From contig JAHBUK010000005.1 of the NCBI GenBank assembly GCA_019638115.1, positions 91,111 to 155,110 of the forward strand: a stretch of DNA of 64,000 nucleotides, given 5' to 3'. The notes below the pieces were generated by a model. It searched no databases. It worked only from the letters and a program-made list of their open reading frames with translations, and was not told the DNA's origin. A program made the translations under genes and the position numbers. Shown piece by piece: positions 48,556 to 56,136 of the stretch (its first letter is position 1; the number at the start of each line of letters is the position of its first letter). Origin of the DNA: Flavobacteriales bacterium. Its GTDB lineage: Bacteria > Bacteroidota > Bacteroidia > Flavobacteriales_F > PHOS-HE28.

Positions 48556-49823
48556 TGCGGAAGCGGCAGGTGAAGCGGGCGTTGGTGCTGGGTGGGGGGC
48601 AGGACCAGGTGCCCTTGTTCTCTTTGCTCGAAGCGCATGGTGTGGAGGCCATGTTGCTGGATTACTTGGAGGATCCTCCGGCACGTGCTCTGGCCGCGCG
48701 GCATTTCCAGGAAAGCACCTTGGACCGCGAGGCCGTGCTCCGAGTGGCACGGGAAGCTGAGGTGGATCTCTTGATCTCGGCGGGCAACGATCTGGTGGTG
48801 ACCACCCTGGCTTCCGTTTCCGAGGAGTTGGGCCTTTACCACAACATTTCGTTGGATACGGCCATCAAGGCGACCGACAAACACCGGATGAAAGCCTGTT
48901 TCCAGCAGGCTGGTATCCCGATGCCACAGGGTGTGGAGTTGAATACATTGGATCAGGCCAGGCAGCGGGCCATTGAATTGGGATACCCCTTGGTCGCCAA
49001 GCCTGTGAAAGGCACCAGTTCAAAGGGTGTGGTGCGTATCCCGGATGCTTTTGCACTGGATCATGCTTGGTCCCAGCTCCGCTCGGCCGTGCCGGAGGGC
49101 CCGGTCGTTCTGGAGCAGTTCATCAGCGGTGCTGAAGTTTCCGTGGACGCCTTCGTGTTGGAAGGGCAGGTGCATGTGCTCGGGATCACCCAGCTGAACC
49201 AAGTGCCGGGATTGCCCCAGGGCTTTTCGTTCCTCAGCACCCTGATGCCGGCGCCTTTGCCGGATGCGGCGCGTGATCGTGTATTGTCCATTGCGGCGGC
49301 TTTGGCCCCGGCTTTCGGCATTACCAATGGTCCCTTCTTCTTTCAGGCCATGGTACAAGGTGATGCCGTGTACGTGCTGGAGATGGGTGCGCGAACGGCT
49401 GGTGGAGCCAAGTACCGCTTCATCCAAGCGGCAACGGGCTTCGATCTCCTGGCCGCCTACGTGGATCTTTTGTTGGGATCACCTGTGGTGGTCCCGCCCA
49501 TTGAGCCGCGAGGTTTCAATGCCATGACCCACGTTTACGCCCATCCCGGTACCATGGCAGAACTGATCGGGACCGAGGAGGCCTTGGTCGCCGGCCATGT
49601 GCGCTATTTCCTGCCGCCCAAGCCGGTCGGGTCTGGAGTAGGGCAGGGACTCGCAGCACGCGATCGTGTGCTGTCGTTCATGGCGCAGGGAGAGACCATG
49701 AGCGCGTTGCAGCAGCACATCGAGGCAGCTTTGGCCACCCTGCACGTGTTGGATCCGATGGGCAGGGATCTCATCCGGCGCGATCTTTATCCCCCTGCTA
49801 CAAAGCCCGACGATCGACCGTGA
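48555..49823 (+). CDS. ATP-grasp carboxylate-amine ligase (L-amino acid ligase-like)
   Basis: LVLGGG, TDKHRMK, PLVAKP..G.SSKGV, EQFISGAEVS and VLEMGARTAGG motifs. Confidence 0.85.
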   Translation: MRKRQVKRALVLGGGQDQVPLFSLLEAHGVEAMLLDYLEDPPARALAARHFQESTLDREAVLRVAREAEVDLLISAGNDLVVTTLASVSEELGLYHNISLDTAIKATDKHRMKACFQQAGIPMPQGVELNTLDQARQRAIELGYPLVAKPVKGTSSKGVVRIPDAFALDHAWSQLRSAVPEGPVVLEQFISGAEVSVDAFVLEGQVHVLGITQLNQVPGLPQGFSFLSTLMPAPLPDAARDRVLSIAAALAPAFGITNGPFFFQAMVQGDAVYVLEMGARTAGGAKYRFIQAATGFDLLAAYVDLLLGSPVVVPPIEPRGFNAMTHVYAHPGTMAELIGTEEALVAGHVRYFLPPKPVGSGVGQGLAARDRVLSFMAQGETMSALQQHIEAALATLHVLDPMGRDLIRRDLYPPATKPDDRP

Positions 49824-51658
49824 ACCGTTTATTCCTCGCATCCACCCTTGGGAACGACCCGCACACCGAAGGACCGCATATTGCGAGCAAGGTGGCCAAG
49901 TTGGCGGATATCCCCAGCGTACTGCTGAAGCCCAGTCCCGATCATGCACTGATCCTGGAAGGGATCCATACGCACGACCCGCTGTTCCTCGGTTTCAGTT
50001 ATCGTCTTACCCCGGCCATCGGCGTGGCGGAGTTCAAGAAGGTGCTCTTCGCCTTGCGTAATGAAGGCCTCCTGGTCGGGCGGAACGGGGAGCCACGCCA
50101 GATCGCTTTCTCTGGACTGCCGGACACCATCGCCAAGCTGCGCGCCATTATCCATGAACTGCCTTGTCCGGTGCAGCTCATGGAACCCCATCCCAATGTG
50201 ATGGACCGCATCGATGGCATGCTGGACTTCTTCGCCGTGGTGAAGGACCGGGATCGCATCCGGACCACGCTGCGCAACGAGATCGAGCCGCCTGGCATCG
50301 CCATGCTGGATCAGTTGGCCGATGAGGTGGTGCGTGGCAAGGACTACCTGAACGAGCCGCCTTTGCCGGTTCCTTCGCCGGCTGCCATCAAGGACTATAC
50401 GGTGCGTATCCAGGAGTCCGGCCTGCCGGTGATCCGCAGTCACTTCGGCATCCCGCACAGCACCATCGAACCCACAGTGGAAGGAATTCGCGAGATCGCC
50501 GAAGCGCGGGTGATCGATGAGGTCTCCTTGGGCAGCAGCGACCTTTCCCAGCGTTACTTCGGCAAGCCCGAAGAGTTCGAGAAGCGCAAGGATGACGGTG
50601 GTGTGCCCTACCGAACGGAAGCCGATCTGGTGCGGCTCTTCCAAGCATCGCGCACCGGTAACCACCCCAGCCTGAAGCCATACGCCCACGTGGTGGATCT
50701 GGTGCCTTTCATCGACACCTGCATCCGCACCGGCATGTTGGTCGGTGCCCATCAGGCGATCCCGCTTTTCTGGTTCAACCAATTGGATGGACGCGGCCCA
50801 ACACCCGTACCCGAGAGCATCGCAGAGCACATCGCGGCCGTGCGTGAATTGGCACGTCGAGGCATACCGGTGGAGATGAACGACCCCAACCAGTGGAGCT
50901 CCCGCTGGGCACACGATACCATCATTGTATCCTCCTACGCCCTCATCAGTGCAGTGATGAGCACCAATGGGGTGAAGGACATGGTGCTGCAGATGCAGTT
51001 CAACAAGCCCCGCGAGACCAGCGATCATGGTGATCTGGCCAAGATGACCGCGGGGCTGGAGATCGCCGCCACCATCGCTTCGCACACCAAGCCAGCGCCG
51101 AACATCTACCGGGAAACACGCACCGGCATCGAGAGCTTGAGCCCCGACCTGGACAAGGCGCGCTGGCAGCTTGGGCGCAGCACTCTGCTGCAGATGATGG
51201 TCGATCCGCACATCCTGCATCTCGTCAGCTTCTGCGAGGCCAACTATGCGGCCCGGCCTGCGGACATCATCGAGAGCTCCAAGCTGATCCGCCGCGCGGT
51301 ACGCATTTTCCGGGAGCATGCGCCAGACCTGCTCAAGAACCTGGAGGACCCGATCGTGCTGGAACGGCGTGAGCACCTGCTGAAGGAGGCCAGCTACCTG
51401 CTGCGCGAGATCGCCAAGCTGAACGAGGACTACGGCGACCAGCCCCTGCCCGCCCTCGCACCCCTGCTGGCCGATGCGCGAACACTGGCCGCATCCATGG
51501 AGCACAGGCTCATGAGCGCCCCAGGTATCGTATTGCCCGATTACGCCAACCCCTCCTTGGTCACCAGGCCTCGGAACGGGTTCATCGATGCGGTGGACAA
51601 TGTGACCGGCACCCGTGTGCTGACCGAAGCGGAACGAACTTCAGCTGCTGGTTCCTGA
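49820..51658 (+). CDS. Cobalamin-binding protein: N-terminal B12 Rossmann domain fused to a barrel-like domain, mutase-like, function unknown
   Basis: LGNDPHTEG (DxHxxG) and GFSYRLTP in the B12 domain; PVIRSHFG, GGVP, AIPLFWFNQLDGRGP, PVEMND..QW, QMQFN.P, DLAKM, TRTG and EANYAA motifs; only three scattered Cys, so no radical-SAM motif. Confidence 0.75.
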   Translation: MNRLFLASTLGNDPHTEGPHIASKVAKLADIPSVLLKPSPDHALILEGIHTHDPLFLGFSYRLTPAIGVAEFKKVLFALRNEGLLVGRNGEPRQIAFSGLPDTIAKLRAIIHELPCPVQLMEPHPNVMDRIDGMLDFFAVVKDRDRIRTTLRNEIEPPGIAMLDQLADEVVRGKDYLNEPPLPVPSPAAIKDYTVRIQESGLPVIRSHFGIPHSTIEPTVEGIREIAEARVIDEVSLGSSDLSQRYFGKPEEFEKRKDDGGVPYRTEADLVRLFQASRTGNHPSLKPYAHVVDLVPFIDTCIRTGMLVGAHQAIPLFWFNQLDGRGPTPVPESIAEHIAAVRELARRGIPVEMNDPNQWSSRWAHDTIIVSSYALISAVMSTNGVKDMVLQMQFNKPRETSDHGDLAKMTAGLEIAATIASHTKPAPNIYRETRTGIESLSPDLDKARWQLGRSTLLQMMVDPHILHLVSFCEANYAARPADIIESSKLIRRAVRIFREHAPDLLKNLEDPIVLERREHLLKEASYLLREIAKLNEDYGDQPLPALAPLLADARTLAASMEHRLMSAPGIVLPDYANPSLVTRPRNGFIDAVDNVTGTRVLTEAERTSAAGS

Positions 51659-51700
51659 GCGGCTGCTACATTGTGCGCTGCACATCCCGATCGCGCAACG

Positions 51701-52195
51701 ATGTCAAGTGGACTTAAGTACATCCTCACCTATGCGTATGTGGGCTTGATGATGGCAGCCATCGGGGTCCGGCTGTTCTCAACGCACACCTTTCCGGACA
51801 ACGAGCCTTACCCGGCCTTTCTGTATCCGAGTTTCGCTGTGGCCAAGAACCCCGATGGGGAGTTCCGGATGCCCTTACAGTCGATCCTGCTGCTGCACAC
51901 TAACGGCGATACAACGGTCGTGGACCAAGGCCTGCTGTTCCCTCCCAAACCGTTCAACTCCTCACTGAAACCGGTCATCGACCGTATGATCGCGAATGTG
52001 AAGCAGGCCCAAGCGAACGGTGATCCGGCATTGCAAGAATTCCAGCATTGGTTGGCAAGCCGCCTGGCCGCCGAACATGACCTGGCCGATGTGGCCGAGG
52101 TGGCGCTGGTCTCGCAGTACATCCCTTTTTGGGAGAACGGGCAGGTGGTGGGTGGATTGACCATGTTCGACCAGGTGATGGTCACATTGCCATGA
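51701..52195 (+). CDS. Membrane-anchored HTTM partner protein
   Basis: N-terminal TM followed by EPYPAFLYPSF; ATGA overlap with the downstream HTTM gene. Confidence 0.6.
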   Translation: MSSGLKYILTYAYVGLMMAAIGVRLFSTHTFPDNEPYPAFLYPSFAVAKNPDGEFRMPLQSILLLHTNGDTTVVDQGLLFPPKPFNSSLKPVIDRMIANVKQAQANGDPALQEFQHWLASRLAAEHDLADVAEVALVSQYIPFWENGQVVGGLTMFDQVMVTLP

Positions 52196-53328
52196 AGTGG
52201 TTCCAAGACCCCTTGCGGATACATGCGGTGCCTACCCGCCAATTGTCGGCGTTCCGTTGGGTTTGGGCCGTACTCTTCATGTTCTATGGATTGCCGGAGT
52301 ACACCTTCCTCGGCACCTTCCCGGACCTGTTGTTCTCACCCCCTTACTACAGCCTGGCGAACCTGCTTTCCGGGTGGCCGACCGCAGGCTTCTTCCTGGG
52401 GCTTACCGTGTTGAACCTGCTGGCATTCACCTGCATCGCCTTGGGGCTCTTCACCCGGCAGGCATCGGTGCTGTTCTCGCTCACGGCCTTGATCGGGCAC
52501 AACTTCAAGTATTCCTTCGGAAAGATCGATCACAGTGAACTGTTTTTGCTCGTGGCGCCGCTCTTCCTTGCCTTCGCTGGGTGGGGAAGACACTTTTCGT
52601 TCGATGCTATTGTCGCTGTACGCCGCGGCCGCCTGAACACCACAGACCAGGATGTGGATAACGGCACGGCCATGGGCTTGCTCGCATTATCCTTCGCGGT
52701 GGCCATGCTCTCATCCGGCCTGATGAAACTGCAGGGTGGATGGGCCGCTTGGGATATCGAGGCGATCAAAGGGAACATGACACGCAACGTGATCACCACG
52801 GGGCGTGAGAACCATTGGACCGGACCCTTGCTGGCCGTGGATTCACACCTGTTCTGGAAGTTGGCGGACTATGGCGTTCTGCTCTTCGAGATCGGTTTTA
52901 TACTGGCCGTGCTGAGCCGCAGGTTGTGGATGGCCTTCCTGTTGGGTACGATCGTTTTCCACTACGCCATCTGGCAGACCTTCCAGATCGCCTTCTACCA
53001 CAATCCGGTATTCTATCTCGTCTTCATCAAGTGGCCTCCAGGATCGGTCAAATGGCCTGCTTTCCTGCAGGACGGCGTGCGTGACTGGTTGTTCGCTGCG
53101 TGGTCGATCGTCGTGGTCCTGTTCGCCGCCAATGCACTTCGGTACCTCTTACTGGGCTTGGTGCAAGGCTATCATTGGGACTACTTCAACCTGTTGTGGC
53201 GCTTCGGTATCAAAGTGCCCAAGTACGATCTGGTTTTCCTGGGCTGTGCCACGCTGTTCGTGTTGGCCATCATGCTCGGGAGCGGTGTCGGACGATCAAG
53301 GAAGGTGCGGGTGGGGTCCAAGTCCTGA
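52192..53328 (+). CDS. HTTM-like polytopic membrane protein
   Basis: Multi-TM; YSFGKIDH, SGLMKLQGGW, LFEIGF and FH...F.I.F motifs. Confidence 0.7.
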   Translation: MKWFQDPLRIHAVPTRQLSAFRWVWAVLFMFYGLPEYTFLGTFPDLLFSPPYYSLANLLSGWPTAGFFLGLTVLNLLAFTCIALGLFTRQASVLFSLTALIGHNFKYSFGKIDHSELFLLVAPLFLAFAGWGRHFSFDAIVAVRRGRLNTTDQDVDNGTAMGLLALSFAVAMLSSGLMKLQGGWAAWDIEAIKGNMTRNVITTGRENHWTGPLLAVDSHLFWKLADYGVLLFEIGFILAVLSRRLWMAFLLGTIVFHYAIWQTFQIAFYHNPVFYLVFIKWPPGSVKWPAFLQDGVRDWLFAAWSIVVVLFAANALRYLLLGLVQGYHWDYFNLLWRFGIKVPKYDLVFLGCATLFVLAIMLGSGVGRSRKVRVGSKS

Positions 53329-53442
53329 AGATCACGGGGCACCGCTGGTGGCCCGGGTCTTCAACACTGATGTAGGGCCGAACGATGTGCCGTAACATTG
53401 CGGTCCAGAGCGCGGTGTATGCCGAACGCGTAGCTCCAGTAC

Positions 53443-55014
53443 ATGTCCCAAAGCATCTTCGACCTTCCTGCCAGTGTGTTGATGGCATCCGGCGGTGACG
53501 AACGGATCACCTTGGATGAGAATAATGGATTGAACGGCTATGGTTGTGCGCCATATCCATCCTTTACGATCTCCTATTCATCCAGCACCAGCAACACAAT
53601 TTCGGCCGCGGCGTACGCGCACGTGGAGTCCTTCCTCTACAGCCTTCGCCAGCAGTGTGTAAGCGCCAAGGTGGGGCAGGTCTTCCGGGATCGGTTCGAG
53701 GTAGTGCGGCAGGCACTCCGCCAGGTGTACGGATGTTCCGAACAGGACCGGATCTTCTTCGGTGCATCCGGTACTGACCTGGAGCTGATCGTGCTGGCCC
53801 TTGCCTTGAACGGGCCTGAGCGCCGGGCGCACAACATCATTCTGGGCATGGATGAGGTCGGAAGTGGGATACAGCACGCCAGTATGGGCCGCTACATCTC
53901 TTCCGGCACACCGCTGGGTCATACCTGTCAGGTGGGGACCAGCATCGAGGGGTTCCCCGAGGACCGGATCACCATGAGCGGTGTGGCCATCCGCGATGCC
54001 AACGGGCGGGTACGTTCCATGGATGCGCTTGCCACCGACCTCGATGCGGAAGTATCGCAAGCCATCGAATGCGGGCGGAGACCCATTGTACACGTGGTGC
54101 ACCGGAGCAAGACCGGCATGGTGGTCCCGGATTGGGACCTGCTTCGCAACGCCATGGTCAAGTGGGAGGGCCGCGCCGACGTGGTGGTCGATGCCTGCCA
54201 GGGCCGCATATCCCCGCTGATGTTGCGCTCCTATCTGGCGCTGGGCTGCTCCGTGCTGTATACGGGCTCCAAGTTCATCGGTGGCCCGCCCTTCTCAGGG
54301 GCCCTGTTCGTTCCTGAGCAGTTGGCCAACAGGTTCAAACATCCCGATGCAGTGCCACAGGGTCTGTTCGGGATATTCTCTCCGGCAGAATGGCCGCAGG
54401 ACCTTGTGCCAGCATCTTCCGGGCATGACGAGGCGCTCAACCTGGGTTTGCTCCTGCGCTGGGAAGCGGCCATCTATGAACTGCGCCGCGTTACCGCCAT
54501 CGACGAGGACCGTCTGCGCTTCACCATACGCTGTTTCCAGGAGGAGGTCATGACCATGGTGGAGCGTTCCCCTTGGCTGGGCATGGTCAGTGAACTCGAG
54601 GGGGATGGTTCCATTGCCGAGGAGTGCCGCGAGCATCCTTTCGAGCGGGACATGATCATGACCATGACCATCGGTGGGACCGGGGCGGATGGCTTGGACC
54701 TGGAGGATGGCAAGTTCATCTACCGCTCGATGTTCTCCGATCTTGAATTGGCGGACGGCGTGCAGGACCCGATCGCCAATACACACATCCAATTGGGCCA
54801 GCCCGTGAAATGCCGCAAGTTGGACGATGGCCGATGGCAGGCCACCCTGCGCGTATCACTGGGCGCACCCACCATCAGCGAGGTGGCCTTCGCCAGTGAT
54901 GAGGCCATCCGCGCACGATTCGTATCGGACATGGGGCGCATCCATCGAAAGCTCGAACTGGTGTTGGAGCAGATCCGGCTGAACCGTGGGGTCAACATAA
55001 CGGCACAGCTCTAA
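53443..55014 (+). CDS. Divergent PLP-dependent fold-type-I enzyme (class V aminotransferase/decarboxylase-like)
   Basis: SGTD, VVDACQGR (PLP-binding Asp), TGSKFIGGPPFSGA (Schiff-base Lys); N-terminal SGGDERI...YGCAP motif. Confidence 0.65.
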   Translation: MSQSIFDLPASVLMASGGDERITLDENNGLNGYGCAPYPSFTISYSSSTSNTISAAAYAHVESFLYSLRQQCVSAKVGQVFRDRFEVVRQALRQVYGCSEQDRIFFGASGTDLELIVLALALNGPERRAHNIILGMDEVGSGIQHASMGRYISSGTPLGHTCQVGTSIEGFPEDRITMSGVAIRDANGRVRSMDALATDLDAEVSQAIECGRRPIVHVVHRSKTGMVVPDWDLLRNAMVKWEGRADVVVDACQGRISPLMLRSYLALGCSVLYTGSKFIGGPPFSGALFVPEQLANRFKHPDAVPQGLFGIFSPAEWPQDLVPASSGHDEALNLGLLLRWEAAIYELRRVTAIDEDRLRFTIRCFQEEVMTMVERSPWLGMVSELEGDGSIAEECREHPFERDMIMTMTIGGTGADGLDLEDGKFIYRSMFSDLELADGVQDPIANTHIQLGQPVKCRKLDDGRWQATLRVSLGAPTISEVAFASDEAIRARFVSDMGRIHRKLELVLEQIRLNRGVNITAQL

Positions 55015-55020
55015 CGCGCA

Positions 55021-56136
55021 ATGGCTACAACGAAAGAAGGTGCTAAGCCAAGGTTTTGGGCGAACAATCCGCTGATGCGGCCTATGCTGTGGTACCTGCA
55101 GCGCAAGGGCATGAACATACACTACGCCCGGCGCTACGTCAACGAGTTCATGTTCGACCTGCTCCACAACAAGGATGTGCCGTTCAAACAGAAAGTCTGG
55201 GCCTGGAAACGCGGCTTCCATCCGGAACGCATCACGCGCTACGGACTTACTGACGAGAACCACCGCGATTACATGTCGGAGTTCGAGTACTACAAGCAGT
55301 CCTCCTTCAAGAACGCAGGCTACAACTGGTGGATCGAGGACAAGCTCCTGTTCAGGTACGTCATGGAACCCTTCAAACAGTTCCTGCCGGCCTACTATTT
55401 CGCCATGTACAAGCACGTGGTGCGCGGCTTGCCCGACCTGCCTGCCGATGTGGAACAGGACCTGAACGGTGTGATGGCCCTGCTGCGCAGCAAAGGCACC
55501 CTGGCCGCAAAGGCGATCAAAGGCGCGCGCGGCAAAGGCTTCCATCGCTTGGCGTGGGAGGACGGCCGCTACCGCGTGGACCACGATGCGCTGGATGAGA
55601 AGGCGTTCAAAGCCTTCCTCCAAGGCTTGCACAACTACATCATCACCGATTATGTGGTGTGCCATCCGGATCTCCGCCGCATCTATCCACACACGCCGAA
55701 CGCGGTGCGCCTGATCACCATCCACGACCCGGATGAAGGCACGAAGATCACCGGCTCGTTCATCCGCTTCGGTACATCCCGCTCCGGCTTCGTGGACAAC
55801 GCCTCAGCTGGTGGGCTTTTCTGCGGTGTCGACCTCCGTGATGGACGCATCTTCGATCCCAAGCAATACATGGGCAAACAGATCGTGCCTGCTCCTGTGC
55901 ATCCCGAGACAGGCGTGCCGGTGGAAGGACATATTCCGCACTGGGACCTGATCCTGCAGCAGGGTGTGCGCATTGGCGATTTCCTGTCCTTCCTGCCTTA
56001 TCTGACCTATGACCTGGTAGCCACCGAGGACGGTTTCAAGATCTTGGAGATCAACTCGCACGGAGCGCTTTCACACCTTCAGCCATTCTATCCCTTCTTC
56101 AAGGACCCCTACCAGCGCAAGCTCTTTGGCCGATGA
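55021..56136 (+). CDS. Sugar-transfer-associated ATP-grasp protein (ATPgrasp_ST-like)
   Basis: EDKLLF, KAIKGARGKG, TPNAVRLIT, VDNASAGG, HPETG..IPHWD and YDLV...ILEIN motifs. Confidence 0.75.
   Translation: MATTKEGAKPRFWANNPLMRPMLWYLQRKGMNIHYARRYVNEFMFDLLHNKDVPFKQKVWAWKRGFHPERITRYGLTDENHRDYMSEFEYYKQSSFKNAGYNWWIEDKLLFRYVMEPFKQFLPAYYFAMYKHVVRGLPDLPADVEQDLNGVMALLRSKGTLAAKAIKGARGKGFHRLAWEDGRYRVDHDALDEKAFKAFLQGLHNYIITDYVVCHPDLRRIYPHTPNAVRLITIHDPDEGTKITGSFIRFGTSRSGFVDNASAGGLFCGVDLRDGRIFDPKQYMGKQIVPAPVHPETGVPVEGHIPHWDLILQQGVRIGDFLSFLPYLTYDLVATEDGFKILEINSHGALSHLQPFYPFFKDPYQRKLFGR

Noticed and set aside
41172-51505. Long minus-strand ORFs 41172..43130, 44189..46009 and 49829..51505
   Set aside because: They are antisense to well-supported wzc, wzm/wzt and B12-protein genes and show shadow-ORF composition.
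49820-51658. B12-dependent radical SAM methyltransferase or methionine synthase interpretation
   Set aside because: There is no CxxxCxxC motif, and the length and motifs do not fit MetH domains.
53329-53442. Possible cobalamin riboswitch near the B12 cassette
   Set aside because: No GGGAA/GCCACTG/B12-box pattern is seen here or in the other intergenic gaps, and the gap is short.
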